DNA of 59,176 nucleotides from SAR86 cluster bacterium AG-422-P06 (lineage in GTDB: Bacteria > Pseudomonadota > Gammaproteobacteria > Magnimaribacterales > TMED112), in the NCBI GenBank assembly GCA_003213455.1, contig QCMX01000002.1:1-59176 (forward strand). Reading direction: 5' to 3'. A program made the translations under genes and the position numbers. Below are positions 19,034 through 29,331 of the stretch, in pieces (positions within the stretch are counted from its first letter, which is position 1; every line of letters begins with the position of its first letter). Under the pieces are notes generated by a model. It made no database searches and was not told the origin of the DNA. It saw only the letters and a program-made list of their open reading frames with translations.

Positions 19034-20313
19034 ATTATTCTCGCTATATCATTCATCATCACAAAAACGAATAAAGTTAGTACTAATAAGAAACTTAGAT
19101 TCATTAAAGCCGCTTTTAGTTTCAAACTTATTGGAGATCCTTTAAGTTTTTCCACTAAGATAAACAAAAATTGACCCCCGTCAAGCATTGGTAATGGTAA
19201 GAGATTAAACGCTCCAAGACTAATACTCAATATCCCTAGCAATAAAAGGAAGGGAATTAGGCCAGACACTAAAGAATCACCAGCTACTTTAGCTATTCCT
19301 ACTGGGCCACTTAAGTTTTCAAACCCCATTGTTCCATTAAGTGTTTTGAAAAGAAATTTAAAAGTATTCTTAATCCAAAAGATTGTCTGGTTGTAGCCAA
19401 AAACTATAGAAGATGAAAAAGAGTTTGCTTCAGGGCCAAGTCGCAAACCATATGAGGTTCCTTCTTGTTTAGAAGGAAGGGTAATATTCAAGGCCCTGCC
19501 ATCTCTTTCTATCCCCACGTCTATTTGCTGGCCAAATTTATTTAAGGCCATTGTGGCTTGATACATTGAGTTTATATTTTCTTGATTGATTCTAGTAATA
19601 GTGTCTCCGGAAATGAAGCCAACTTTCTCAGCAGTGCTTTCAGTCTCAACATATTCGATGCGAGGCTTAAAATCTGCAAAAGGCACAATTCCAAAAAACT
19701 GTGAAGGTGATTGCCCTTCCTCAAATTTCAGATCAATGACATCTTTCTGAAGGTAAACTTGGTTTTGATCTTTGTAATCAAATAACTCAATATTTACATC
19801 TCCTGTGTAGCCAGTTAAATCTAGGAGCTCAATCTCTAAGGCCTGAACTGAATCAATCTCTGTGTTATTTACTGCGACTACTTCATAAAATTTTTGATTG
19901 TCTATTTCTGCAACTTGAGCAGAAACCATATCTGATTGTTTGGGAATAAAAAGACCAACTAATGTAAATACAAAGAAGGCTAAAATAAAATTGTATATAG
20001 GTCCTGCTAGAACAACTAGTGACCTTTCTAATGCTGGTCTATTAGCTAGTACATATTTTTTTTCTTCGGTGTTCAGCTTATTGTAATTTTCTGTGTCAGC
20101 TGGATCATGAAATGCAACATAACCACCGAAAGGTATGGCAGAAAGTGAGAATTTAACATTATCTTTATTTTTCCACTTATATAAATCAGGGCCAAACCCG
20201 ATGCTGAATTTGATAATTTTTATTTTGAAGTATCTAGCAACTGAATAATGTCCATATTCATGAAATGTTACTAGGATTAAAAAAAGTGTTAAAGCTCCAA
20301 TTAGTGCATACAT
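19030..20313 (-). CDS. rseP: Site-2 (RIP) zinc metalloprotease RseP
   Basis: HEYGHY (HExxH) in the first TM segment, a PDZ region, and the C-terminal NLLPLPMLDGG motif. Confidence 0.88.
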   Translation of the reverse strand: MYALIGALTLFLILVTFHEYGHYSVARYFKIKIIKFSIGFGPDLYKWKNKDNVKFSLSAIPFGGYVAFHDPADTENYNKLNTEEKKYVLANRPALERSLVVLAGPIYNFILAFFVFTLVGLFIPKQSDMVSAQVAEIDNQKFYEVVAVNNTEIDSVQALEIELLDLTGYTGDVNIELFDYKDQNQVYLQKDVIDLKFEEGQSPSQFFGIVPFADFKPRIEYVETESTAEKVGFISGDTITRINQENINSMYQATMALNKFGQQIDVGIERDGRALNITLPSKQEGTSYGLRLGPEANSFSSSIVFGYNQTIFWIKNTFKFLFKTLNGTMGFENLSGPVGIAKVAGDSLVSGLIPFLLLLGILSISLGAFNLLPLPMLDGGQFLFILVEKLKGSPISLKLKAALMNLSFLLVLTLFVFVMMNDIARII

Positions 20314-21459
20314 TTAGTTCCCTTCTATAAAATTTACTATCTCAAGCCTATTTGTTTCTAATTCCTGAATTGAATTTACTTCTTTCTTTTCAATCAGGTA
20401 GTAATTATCCAGTATCAGGTTATATATATCACCAAATTTTATCTCTTTATTTAAAAACTTTTTCACTGCGATATCATTCAAAGTAGCAAAAACTAAACCG
20501 CTATTATCTTCACTTTTCATTACATCTAGAGTTATATCTCTAAGCTTTTTTCGGTCCTCCGGAAAGTGTTCGAGACTTAGATCAATATCTCTATTTAAGA
20601 GGTCTAGAGAAAAGTCTTTTTTCACGTCTTTTGAATGCTCTCCTAACAGCCCGTATGCAAGAGGAATAATCATACTTGGCTGAGACATTTGGGCTTCGAC
20701 TGAACCATCTTTAAATTCAAGCATTGAATGGATAATGCTTTGCCTATGAATCATGATATCCAATAATTCTGGATCAAGAGAAAAGAGGTACTTAGCCTCA
20801 ATTAGTTCAAAGCATTTGTTGACTAAGGTTGCAGAATCAATACTAATCTTTGCTCCCATATCCCAATTAGGATGCTTAAGAGCTTCTTCAGGTGTTTTAT
20901 TTTGCAATTCACTCAATTTTTGACCAACGAAAGGCCCTCCTGAAGCTGTCAAGTAAACCTTAGATATTTCGAATAAATCTTTATTTTTTAATGCTGTGAA
21001 TAAAGAGAAATGTTCTGAATCTATTGGAATAACTTGGGTTTTTGCTTGCTTGCACTCGTGCATAATCTGTTTGCCAAAAACTACCAACGATTCTTTATTA
21101 GCCAAAAGAAGCTTTTTGCCAGATTTTGCAGCATCAATAGTTAGATCAATACAATCAAAAGAACTAATTGCAGATAAATAAATATCACTCTTATTGTCAT
21201 TTAAGTATTTTCTAAGAGAATGCATAGAATCAAAAAAATTAATTTCAGCAGGACATGAGGCCATTATTTCTGAGCGAGCTTCAGCATCAGTAACAAATAC
21301 ATTTTTTGGTTTATGTTTTTCTAAAAGCTCCACTGCCAAGTCAATATTTTTATTGCAAACTAAGACATCAAGCTCAAATTTTGATGGGTACTTTTCGATT
21401 ACACTTAAAGCCTGGGTTCCTATTGAACCTGTGAAACCAAATATTGATATCCGGCTCAT
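20314..21459 (-). CDS. dxr: 1-deoxy-D-xylulose 5-phosphate reductoisomerase
   Basis: GFTGSIGTQAL N-terminus, LANKESLV, IPIDSEH and NKCFELIEA motifs. Confidence 0.92.
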   Translation of the reverse strand: MSRISIFGFTGSIGTQALSVIEKYPSKFELDVLVCNKNIDLAVELLEKHKPKNVFVTDAEARSEIMASCPAEINFFDSMHSLRKYLNDNKSDIYLSAISSFDCIDLTIDAAKSGKKLLLANKESLVVFGKQIMHECKQAKTQVIPIDSEHFSLFTALKNKDLFEISKVYLTASGGPFVGQKLSELQNKTPEEALKHPNWDMGAKISIDSATLVNKCFELIEAKYLFSLDPELLDIMIHRQSIIHSMLEFKDGSVEAQMSQPSMIIPLAYGLLGEHSKDVKKDFSLDLLNRDIDLSLEHFPEDRKKLRDITLDVMKSEDNSGLVFATLNDIAVKKFLNKEIKFGDIYNLILDNYYLIEKKEVNSIQELETNRLEIVNFIEGN

Positions 21460-22127
21460 TTTCCAAACCTACGCTGTCTTTGTTTAAATTCATCAAGAAT
21501 ATTAACAAAATCATCTTTGTTAAATTCAGGCCAAAGTTTTTCTGTGAAAAATAGCTCTGAGTAGCCAATATTAGGCAATAAGAAATTACTTAATCTCATA
21601 TCACCCCCAGTTCTAATGAAAATATCGATATCACTTTCTCCAATCTGAGTATATTTTAAAAAATTATCTTGATTGAGCTCTATACCTTTAGCTCTTGCAG
21701 CTTCTATAGCATTAGCCATGTCCCATATTGCACCATAATTTAATGCAACTGTAAGAGTAAATTCGTTTAAGTCTTCGGTTTCTTTAATGCACTTACTAAT
21801 TCCATCTTGTGCTTTTTTTGGCATTGAATTTATATCACCAATAAAATTTAATTTAATACCATTACTTTTAATTTCTTCAAGTTTTACATCGACACCAAAA
21901 TTTATGAGATTCATCAATGCATTTACTTCAAAATCTTGTCTATTCCAATTTTCTGTTGAGAAGGCATAAACAACTAAGCGTTCTAGGGAGTTCTCTTTTG
22001 CTGTTTTAACAATCTCAATTAAGGTTTCAATGCCTTTTCTATGGCCTGATGCAGATGGTAAGTTATTTTTTTTTGCCCACCTTCTGTTTCCATCCATTAT
22101 GATGGCAGCTACTTTAGGGCCAGACAT
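21456..22127 (-). CDS. uppS: Undecaprenyl diphosphate synthase
   Basis: AIIMDGNRRWA and FSTENWNR motifs. Its stop overlaps the dxr start (ATGA). Confidence 0.92.
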   Translation of the reverse strand: MSGPKVAAIIMDGNRRWAKKNNLPSASGHRKGIETLIEIVKTAKENSLERLVVYAFSTENWNRQDFEVNALMNLINFGVDVKLEEIKSNGIKLNFIGDINSMPKKAQDGISKCIKETEDLNEFTLTVALNYGAIWDMANAIEAARAKGIELNQDNFLKYTQIGESDIDIFIRTGGDMRLSNFLLPNIGYSELFFTEKLWPEFNKDDFVNILDEFKQRQRRFGK

Positions 22128-22690
22128 TAGATAGTTAAGAGATCCTTCTCCTTGGAAGCCAATGAAGAATCAATAAGGTCGATAAATTTTGTTGTTATGT
22201 CTTGAATATCTTTTTCAGAATCTGAGATGTCATCTTTTGTTAATTCGCCTTCTTTCTCTAAATTCTTCATGGCTGTAATAGCATCTCTTCTTACGTTTCT
22301 TACAGCAATCCTTCCATTTTCAGCTTCAGCTTTTGCTTTCTTAGTTAAATCTATACGAGATTCTTCAGTAAGAGGTGGCATGATTATTCTTATAACATCT
22401 CCTGCTACTGTAGGGTTTATTCCAAGATCTGATTTTTGAATTGCTCTGTCTATTTCTTGAACTAGACCTTTATCCCAAGGAGATAAACTTAATGTTTTTG
22501 AATCTTCAACAGTTATAGAACAACACTGGTTAAGTGGGGTCAAAGTACCGTAATAATCCACCTGAATTCCGTCAAGCATAGCTGGGTTTGCTCTACCTGT
22601 TCTAATTTTTTTTAAGCTATCATTAAAACTATTAAGGGATGATTGCATCCTGCTTGTACATGATTCTAAGATTTCTTCGTAACTAGCCAT
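22127..22690 (-). CDS. frr: Ribosome recycling factor
   Basis: 187 aa with [11 protein letters not shown] and IAVRNVRRD motifs. pyrH-frr order. Confidence 0.93.
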   Translation of the reverse strand: MASYEEILESCTSRMQSSLNSFNDSLKKIRTGRANPAMLDGIQVDYYGTLTPLNQCCSITVEDSKTLSLSPWDKGLVQEIDRAIQKSDLGINPTVAGDVIRIIMPPLTEESRIDLTKKAKAEAENGRIAVRNVRRDAITAMKNLEKEGELTKDDISDSEKDIQDITTKFIDLIDSSLASKEKDLLTI

Positions 22691-23405
22691 TTGATATTAA
22701 TGTACCTATTTCCTCACCTTTTACTATACCAAGTAATGCTCCTTCTGACTCGTAATTGAATACTTTAATGTTCATTTCATTGTCTCTTGCTAGTGTTAGC
22801 GCAGTTGTATCCATGACTTTTAGATTTTTCTGAATAGCTTCGTCAAAAGTTAAAGAATTAAATAGTAAAGCATCAGGATTTTTCTTTGGATCATCAGAAT
22901 AAACACCATCTACTTTTGTTGCTTTAAGCATTAAATCGGCATTAATCTCTATCCCTCTGAGGCAAGCTGCCGTATCTGTAGTAAAAAAGGGATTTCCTGT
23001 TCCTGCCGTGAATATGACAACAAAACCCTCATCTAATAAATGTATTGCCCGCCTTCTGTCATAGTGCTCGACAATACCAGGCATCGGTATTGCAGACATT
23101 ACTCTGGTTTTAATTCCATTTCTTTCGAGAGAATCTCTTAATGCTATGCCATTCATAACTGTAGCTAACATACCCATATGATCTCCAGCCACTCTATCTA
23201 TTCCATCTTGATTAAGCTCTTGTCCTCTAAATAAATTACCACCACCAATTACTAAGCCAACAGATACATTCTGCTCAACAACAGTTTTTATTTCTCTAGA
23301 CATAAAATGCAGAATTTTAGGATCAATACCTTGGCCTGCTAAACCAGCAACTGCTTCACCACTATATTTAAGAAGAATTTTTTTGAGAGGCTTAGCTGTG
23401 ATCAC
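22683..23405 (-). CDS. pyrH: UMP kinase
   Basis: [17 protein letters not shown] and [10 protein letters not shown] motifs. GTG start within a GTGA overlap with the tsf stop. Confidence 0.93.
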   Translation of the reverse strand: MITAKPLKKILLKYSGEAVAGLAGQGIDPKILHFMSREIKTVVEQNVSVGLVIGGGNLFRGQELNQDGIDRVAGDHMGMLATVMNGIALRDSLERNGIKTRVMSAIPMPGIVEHYDRRRAIHLLDEGFVVIFTAGTGNPFFTTDTAACLRGIEINADLMLKATKVDGVYSDDPKKNPDALLFNSLTFDEAIQKNLKVMDTTALTLARDNEMNIKVFNYESEGALLGIVKGEEIGTLISNG

Positions 23406-24190
23406 TCACCAACCTTTTTTCTCAAAAAGCCTATGATTTTAGAATCACCTAACAAGTCTTTTATTTTCTTATCAGGATCTTTGATAAATGGTTGCTCTAC
23501 TAAGGAGTTTTCCATTTTAAATTTATTTAATTTGCCCATTATAATTTTTTCTTTAATTTCTTCAGGCTTGTTTTCGTTTGCCAGAGTTGCTAATGCTATT
23601 TCTTTCTCTTTATTTAAAATAGATTCATCTATGTCTTCCGGGTATAGAGCCATTGGGTTATTAGCTGCTACTTGCATAGCAATATCTCTGCCAACTGTTT
23701 CATCTCCAGAATCCATTTTTACAATTGCTGCTAATTTGTTATCGGAATGTTTGTAAGATGCTACTACACCCCCTTCTAATGAAATTTTTTCGAAATATGA
23801 AACCTTAATATTTTCACCAATTTTTTGAATAATGCCTAAAAGCTCATCTTTATATTTTGCATTTAGATCATCTAAGTCTTCAGGGTTATTTTTAGCACAA
23901 AAGTCTGATAATTCACTTAAGAAAGCTTGAAAACTTGCATCTTTTGCAGCAAAGTCTGTCTCTGTATCAACTTCAACAATAAAGGCTGTATGCTCTGAAG
24001 ATCCAAGCACAATAGCCCCTTCATTAGTTGCTCTGCCTGACTTTTTCTCTGCCTTTAAGACACTTTTCTTTCTAAGAACTTCAATTGCTTTATCTATATC
24101 ACCGTCAGATTCCATTAATGCTGACTTGCAATCCATCATTGAAATGCCAGTTCTGTCCCTAAGTTCTTTGACTAGTTGAGCTGTGACCAT
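23402..24190 (-). CDS. tsf: Elongation factor Ts
   Basis: [22 protein letters not shown]-like N-terminus. rpsB-tsf order. Confidence 0.93.
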   Translation of the reverse strand: MVTAQLVKELRDRTGISMMDCKSALMESDGDIDKAIEVLRKKSVLKAEKKSGRATNEGAIVLGSSEHTAFIVEVDTETDFAAKDASFQAFLSELSDFCAKNNPEDLDDLNAKYKDELLGIIQKIGENIKVSYFEKISLEGGVVASYKHSDNKLAAIVKMDSGDETVGRDIAMQVAANNPMALYPEDIDESILNKEKEIALATLANENKPEEIKEKIIMGKLNKFKMENSLVEQPFIKDPDKKIKDLLGDSKIIGFLRKKVGE

Positions 24191-25191
24191 TATTTATCTG
24201 TTTTTTTGGCTGCTGGTTTTTTAGCAGTTGTAGCTTTTTTGGCTGCTGGTTTTTTAGCAGTTGTAGCTTTTTTTGTTGTTGTAGCTTTTTTAGCTGCTGG
24301 TTTTTTAGCGGTTGTAGCTTTTTTGGTTTCTACTGTCTCTTCTTTCTTTACTTCAGCCTTTTCTTTAACTTCTGCCTTAGCCTCAACTTCTGCTTCTGGC
24401 TTTTCTTCAGCTTTTACTGAAACAGCTTTTGTCGTAGTGTTTAGTGAGAAGACTTTTGGACCTTTATCTCCATCAAGTTTTTGGACTAATCCCTGTTTTC
24501 TTGCTGAATCTTGGCCTTCTAAAATTGCTTCAGATAATAGATTCAATACAAATTTGATTGTTTTTGAAGAATCATCATTTATTGGAACAAAATTAGTTAG
24601 ATTGCTTGGATTGCTATTAGTATCTACCAAGCCATAAACAGGTATTCCCATTTTCAATGCTTCCTGAACTGCTATTTTTTCATTCTCAACATCAATAACA
24701 AAAAGCGCATCAGGTAAACCTTTCATATCCTTCACGCCATCAAATACTAGTGAAAGTTTTTTCATTTCTTTCTCAAGCATTACAGCTTCTTTTTTAATCA
24801 TAGATTCTAATTCACCAGAGGCTTTATTTTCTTGGTACTCAAGTAATTTATTTATTGGGACTTTAATTGTCTTCCAATTAGTTAGCATGCCACCTAGCCA
24901 TCTGTGTGAAATATATGGCATACCAGTTTTTTCTCCGAATTCAGAGACGTAACTAGATGCAACTCTCTTGGTGCCAACAATCATTACTTTATTGCCAACT
25001 GATGAAAGCTTTCTAAATGTTTCATATAGTTCAACGATTTTTTCTTGTGTCTTGTAAAGATCAATAATGTGGATATTATTTTTTTCGCAAAAGATGTAAT
25101 CCTCCATATGTGGATTCCAAAATCTCTTTCTGTGCCCAAAGTGTGCACCAAGTTCAAATAACTGTTCTATGCTTATGTTTACTTTACTCAT
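24190..25191 (-). CDS. rpsB: 30S ribosomal protein uS2 with a C-terminal extension of about 100 aa rich in K/A/T/P/E repeats
   Basis: Canonical uS2 core (LFELGAHFGHRKRFWNPHM, ...). ATG at 25191; the track start at 25203 is a TTG. The tail ends KKATTAKKPAAKKATTTKKATTAKKPAAKKATTAKKPAAKKTDK. Confidence 0.92.
   Translation of the reverse strand: MSKVNISIEQLFELGAHFGHRKRFWNPHMEDYIFCEKNNIHIIDLYKTQEKIVELYETFRKLSSVGNKVMIVGTKRVASSYVSEFGEKTGMPYISHRWLGGMLTNWKTIKVPINKLLEYQENKASGELESMIKKEAVMLEKEMKKLSLVFDGVKDMKGLPDALFVIDVENEKIAVQEALKMGIPVYGLVDTNSNPSNLTNFVPINDDSSKTIKFVLNLLSEAILEGQDSARKQGLVQKLDGDKGPKVFSLNTTTKAVSVKAEEKPEAEVEAKAEVKEKAEVKKEETVETKKATTAKKPAAKKATTTKKATTAKKPAAKKATTAKKPAAKKTDK
24208..24324. repeat. 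In-frame 33-nt tandem repeat inside the rpsB 3' end
   Basis: ggctgctggttttttagcagttgtagctttttt occurs at 24208-24240 and again, identical, at 24241-24273. An 18-nt partial copy follows. A third copy at 24292-24324 has 2 substitutions. Confidence 0.9.
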
Positions 25192-25912
25192 ATAAGTCTT
25201 CAATTAAGGTCTGCATATAATAAAGGTTTTTAGGCTTCTGGTAAAACCATTTAACAATATTTAATGCACCTTGTGCATAGATGTTCCTGTTTGCAGTTGA
25301 ATGTTTGATCTCAAGTTCTTCAAAATCGTTTGATATCTTGGCTTTATGCCAATTACCATGCTCACCTTCTCTTATACTTTTTATCTTTTTTTCTTCAATA
25401 TTTGCTGATTTTGCAAGTGAAATAGCTGTCCCAGATGGTGCATCAATCTTAGATTTGTGATGTTTTTCTGAAATATTTATATCGTAACTACCTTTAACTT
25501 TCTTGATAGCAGTTAATAGGTTTGTCATTAAAGCAGTTAGAACTGAAGTATTAGGAGCTATGAAAATAGGGAATTCATTGGATAGAATTTTGAGCTCTTC
25601 CATCTGTTCTTGACTTAAACCAGTAGTGCAAAAAAGTAACGGCTTTTTTAATCCTCTATACCATGAAAGACGAGTTTCTACATTCTCTCTAGTAGCAAAA
25701 TCAACTATACAATCAAATGGTTTATCAACTTTCTTGCTAAAAAAACTACCAGATGGTTCTGAAAAATGATGGGCACCAACATCAGAGCCCAAATACTTTG
25801 AGTTATCACTGACTATAAAATTTGTTACTTCAATGGATTCATCATTCATTATTTCTCTGATGACAGCTCGGCCCATTTTTCCTGATGCGCCAACTAAAGC
25901 AATTTTGATCAT
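25184..25912 (-). CDS. dapB: 4-hydroxy-tetrahydrodipicolinate reductase
   Basis: [14 protein letters not shown] and [15 protein letters not shown] motifs. dnaJ-dapB adjacency as in Pseudomonas. Confidence 0.87.
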   Translation of the reverse strand: MIKIALVGASGKMGRAVIREIMNDESIEVTNFIVSDNSKYLGSDVGAHHFSEPSGSFFSKKVDKPFDCIVDFATRENVETRLSWYRGLKKPLLFCTTGLSQEQMEELKILSNEFPIFIAPNTSVLTALMTNLLTAIKKVKGSYDINISEKHHKSKIDAPSGTAISLAKSANIEEKKIKSIREGEHGNWHKAKISNDFEELEIKHSTANRNIYAQGALNIVKWFYQKPKNLYYMQTLIEDLYE

Positions 25913-26826
25913 TTAAATTTTTTGTTTATTTTTGAGACAAAGTTATCAGCTTCATGAAAATTTTCTTCTGTGCCTAAAAATGCTGATTCAATTACAGATT
26001 TTTGTTTAGAAGAAAGTTTTGATGGTGTCTCCACTACCACTCTTACAAATAGGTCTCCTGTGGTTTTGCCTCTCAAAGATCCTGCACCCAAGTCACGCAA
26101 CTTAAATATTTTTCCAGTTTGTGTTTCAGGTGGAATTTTGAGTAATACTTTTTTAGATAGAGTTGGTATCTCTATTTCTGCTCCAAGAATTGCTTGGTCA
26201 ACTCTAATTGGTACCTCGCAATATAGGTGATTTCCCTCTCTTTCAAGAAAATCATGTTTTTGAACCTGAACTACGATGAATAGATCACCATGCTCACCAC
26301 CATATTGGCTTGCTTCTCCTTCACCAGATAATCTAATTTTATTTCCAGTATCTACTCCAGCTGGAATATTTACAGAAACTTTTTTATTTGAATTTGGAAG
26401 TCTTATTTCAACATCTTTTCCATAAACAGCTTCCTCTAACGACATTTCAAATGCCATTTGAATATTTCTGCCCCTTGGAGGTCTTCGGCTTCCAGCTCTA
26501 CCAAAAATATCTCCGAAAATATCTCCAAAGATTTCATCTCCAAAAATATTGTTAAAAATGTCATTAATATCTACATTCTGGAACCCAGATTGGCCAAAGT
26601 TACTATTAACTCCTTGATGGCCAAATTGATCATAGGTTTGTCTTTTGGCTTGATCGCTCAATACTTCATAAGCTTCTGCTGCCTCTTTAAATTTGGCTTC
26701 TGCTTCTGAATTTCCAGGGTTTTTATCAGGATGATATTTAATTGCTAATCTTTTGAAGGCCTTCTTGAGTTCTGGAGCTGAAACATTTCTGTCAACTCCA
26801 AGAATCTCATAATAGTCCCTTTTCAC
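25909..26826 (-). CDS. dnaJ: Chaperone DnaJ ortholog lacking the Cys-rich zinc-finger domain (305 aa)
   Basis: J domain (DYYEILGV...HPDKN) and a G/F region. The C-terminal domains closely follow DnaJ ([47 protein letters not shown]). There are no CxxCxGxG repeats. GTG start. Immediately downstream of dnaK. Confidence 0.82.
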   Translation of the reverse strand: MKRDYYEILGVDRNVSAPELKKAFKRLAIKYHPDKNPGNSEAEAKFKEAAEAYEVLSDQAKRQTYDQFGHQGVNSNFGQSGFQNVDINDIFNNIFGDEIFGDIFGDIFGRAGSRRPPRGRNIQMAFEMSLEEAVYGKDVEIRLPNSNKKVSVNIPAGVDTGNKIRLSGEGEASQYGGEHGDLFIVVQVQKHDFLEREGNHLYCEVPIRVDQAILGAEIEIPTLSKKVLLKIPPETQTGKIFKLRDLGAGSLRGKTTGDLFVRVVVETPSKLSSKQKSVIESAFLGTEENFHEADNFVSKINKKFK

Positions 26827-26828
26827 AA

Positions 26829-28742
26829 TTACTTATCTTTTTCGTCATCAACTTCTTTAAACTCAGCATCAACAGCATCTTCAGGTTTGTCATCTCCACC
26901 TTCTTCTGTTGGCTGCTCAGGAGTTTCTTTCTTAAAGAGTTTTTCTGATAGAGGTTGGGCTACCTTAGACAGCTCTTCAACTGCTTTATCAATATCTTCC
27001 TTGCTATCTGACTTACACGCATCTTCAACTTTTGTAATTGCTTCTTCTAAAGATTTTGCTTCATCTTCACTTAGTTCATCTTTATTTTCTTCCATGGCTT
27101 TCTTGGTTGAGCTAGCAAGCCCATCAGCCATATTTCTTGAAGCAATTAATTCTTCGAATTTCTTATCCTCTTCAGCATTTAACTCAGCATCTTTTACCAT
27201 TTTTTCGATTTCTTCATCAGATAAACCGCTTCCACCCTGAATGGTAATAGACTGCTCTTTATTAGTTGATTTGTCTTTAGCAGAAACATTAATAATACCG
27301 TTTGCATCTATATCAAATGTCACTTCAATCTGAGGTGTCCCTCTAGGTGCTGCAGGTATATCTGTAAGATTGAATTGGCCTAAAGATTTATTATCTGAGG
27401 CCTTTTTTCTTTCACCTTGAAGCACGTGGACAGTAACAGCTGTCTGATTATCCTCTGCTGTCGAATAAACTTGAGATTTATTTGTAGGGATAGTCGTATT
27501 CTTCTCTATCATAGGTGTCAAAACACCACCAAGTGTCTCTATTCCAAGAGTAAGGGGAGTAACATCCAATAACAGAACATCTGATCTTTCTCCGCTCAAA
27601 ACTGCCCCTTGTGTAGCTGCACCTAAAGCAACAGCTTCATCTGGGTTAATATCTTTTCTAGCTTCTTTACCAAAAAATTCTGTAACTGCCTTTTGAACCA
27701 TTGGCATTCTTGTCTGCCCACCTACAAGAATTACTTCATCAATATCTTTTGGGGCAAGTTTGGCATCTTTTAAAGCAGTTTTTAAAGGCTCTAAACTTCT
27801 TTTAACTAAATCACCTACAAGCGACTCGAGTTTAGCTCGAGTAATTTTGTGAACAAAATGCTTCGGCCCACTTGCATCAGCTGTAATATATGGGAGATTA
27901 ACTTCTGTTTGTTCAGTAGTTGATAATTCTATTTTAGCTTTTTCAGCTGCTTCTTTAAGTCTTTGTAGTGCCATTGGATCTGTATTTAAATCAAAGCCAG
28001 ATTCATTTTTAAATTCGTTTATAAAATGATTAATCAATATTGAATCAAAATCTTCTCCGCCTAGATGTGTGTCACCTGAGGTTGAAATAACCTCAAACTG
28101 ATATTCGCCATCAACATTAGTCATCTCAATGATAGAAATATCAAAAGTACCCCCACCAAGATCATAAACAGCTATAACACCGTCTTTTTTTAACTTATCC
28201 AGACCAAAAGCAAGCGCTGCTGCTGTTGGCTCGTTGATAATCCTCTTAACTTCTAAGCCAGCAATTTTACCAGCAGCTTTTGTTGCTTGACGCTGTGAAT
28301 CATTGAAATAAGCTGGCACTGTAACAACAGCACCATCAACTTTTGTTCCGAGGTAATCTTCGGCAGTTTTCTTCATTTTCTTTAAAATTTCTGCCGATAC
28401 TTGTGGGGGAGCCATTTTATTTCCATCTACCTCTACCCATGCATCACCATTTTCAGCTTTAACTATTCCATAAGGAGCAGACTTCATATCCTCTTGTATA
28501 TATTCATCGTCAAACTTTCTACCAATAAGTCTTTTGACAGCAAATAATGTTTTTTCTGGATTTGTAACAGCCTGACGCTTGGCTGCTTGACCGACTAATA
28601 CTTGTTTGTCTGATGAATACGCTACAACAGAAGGAGTAGTTCTATTCCCCTCAGCATTTGATATAACAACAGGTTCTGAGCCTTCCATGACCGAGACACA
28701 TGAATTTGTTGTTCCTAAATCTATACCTATAACTTTTCCCAT
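26829..28742 (-). CDS. dnaK: Chaperone DnaK (Hsp70)
   Basis: [19 protein letters not shown] and [11 protein letters not shown] motifs. 637 aa. Confidence 0.97.
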   Translation of the reverse strand: MGKVIGIDLGTTNSCVSVMEGSEPVVISNAEGNRTTPSVVAYSSDKQVLVGQAAKRQAVTNPEKTLFAVKRLIGRKFDDEYIQEDMKSAPYGIVKAENGDAWVEVDGNKMAPPQVSAEILKKMKKTAEDYLGTKVDGAVVTVPAYFNDSQRQATKAAGKIAGLEVKRIINEPTAAALAFGLDKLKKDGVIAVYDLGGGTFDISIIEMTNVDGEYQFEVISTSGDTHLGGEDFDSILINHFINEFKNESGFDLNTDPMALQRLKEAAEKAKIELSTTEQTEVNLPYITADASGPKHFVHKITRAKLESLVGDLVKRSLEPLKTALKDAKLAPKDIDEVILVGGQTRMPMVQKAVTEFFGKEARKDINPDEAVALGAATQGAVLSGERSDVLLLDVTPLTLGIETLGGVLTPMIEKNTTIPTNKSQVYSTAEDNQTAVTVHVLQGERKKASDNKSLGQFNLTDIPAAPRGTPQIEVTFDIDANGIINVSAKDKSTNKEQSITIQGGSGLSDEEIEKMVKDAELNAEEDKKFEELIASRNMADGLASSTKKAMEENKDELSEDEAKSLEEAITKVEDACKSDSKEDIDKAVEELSKVAQPLSEKLFKKETPEQPTEEGGDDKPEDAVDAEFKEVDDEKDK

Positions 28743-28786
28743 TTTTATTCCTTGTTATGTTTTAAATTAGTAAATGAAAAGATTAA

Positions 28787-29329
28787 TTACTTTTTATTTA
28801 CAACGACAAGAGCAGGTTTGACGACTCTTTCATTGAGTGTCCACCCTCTCTCAAGAGTATTTGTGACAAAATTGTCTTTCTCCCCTGGGTTATTGACCGT
28901 AGAAACAGCTTCATGTTTCTCTGGGTCAAACTCTTGCCCTGAAGGATTAATGGGAACTATATTGAAATTCTCAAGGGTTTTTTCAAAAGAATTTAAAATT
29001 AACAAAATGCCCTCTTTGTCAATTTTTTCAGAGTCTTCTGAACCTTCAACAGATTTTTCTAGTGAAGTTATCAAGGGAATGATAGATAAGAGCAATTCTG
29101 AATTTGCATATTTCAGCGCATTGGTGATCTCATTTGCAGATCTTTTTCTATAATTTTCTAGCTCTGCTACAGCTCTAAGTGTTTCCTCTTTTTGCTTGCC
29201 TACTTGTTCTAATAGCTCTTCATAGGTCAAACTATTTAAGTCTTGATTTTCTTCAGTATCCTGAATTGCTTCTTCAAGATTATCTTTTTCTATCTTTTTT
29301 TCTTCTGCTTTCTGTTCCTTTTCTGACAT
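28787..29329 (-). CDS. grpE: Nucleotide exchange factor GrpE
   Basis: About 180 aa with an acidic N-terminus, a coiled-coil with NYRKR, and a C-terminal beta domain (FDPEKHEA). Directly upstream of dnaK. Confidence 0.87.
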   Translation of the reverse strand: MSEKEQKAEEKKIEKDNLEEAIQDTEENQDLNSLTYEELLEQVGKQKEETLRAVAELENYRKRSANEITNALKYANSELLLSIIPLITSLEKSVEGSEDSEKIDKEGILLILNSFEKTLENFNIVPINPSGQEFDPEKHEAVSTVNNPGEKDNFVTNTLERGWTLNERVVKPALVVVNKK

Positions 29330-29331
29330 GT

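Noticed and set aside
21374-21568. 64-aa minus-strand ORF straddling the uppS/dxr junction, considered as a possible cdsA remnant.
   Set aside because: It is an out-of-frame overlap with the uppS 3' end and the dxr 5' end. It has no resemblance to CdsA (no multi-TM character).
24176-24637. 153-aa plus-strand ORF with repeated hydrophobic FLAAGFLAVVAF segments that looks like a multi-TM protein.
   Set aside because: It is the reverse-complement reading of the K/A/T/P repeats in the uS2 tail (AAA/GCT codons read as TTT/AGC). The apparent TM repeats are a mirror artefact of the rpsB repeat.
28743-28900. A sigma32 heat-shock promoter upstream of dnaK. The best candidate is CTTGAGA followed 13 nt later by CAATGAAA, inside the grpE 3' end.
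   Set aside because: The -10 part does not resemble CCCCATNT, so I cannot support a heat-shock promoter call by eye.
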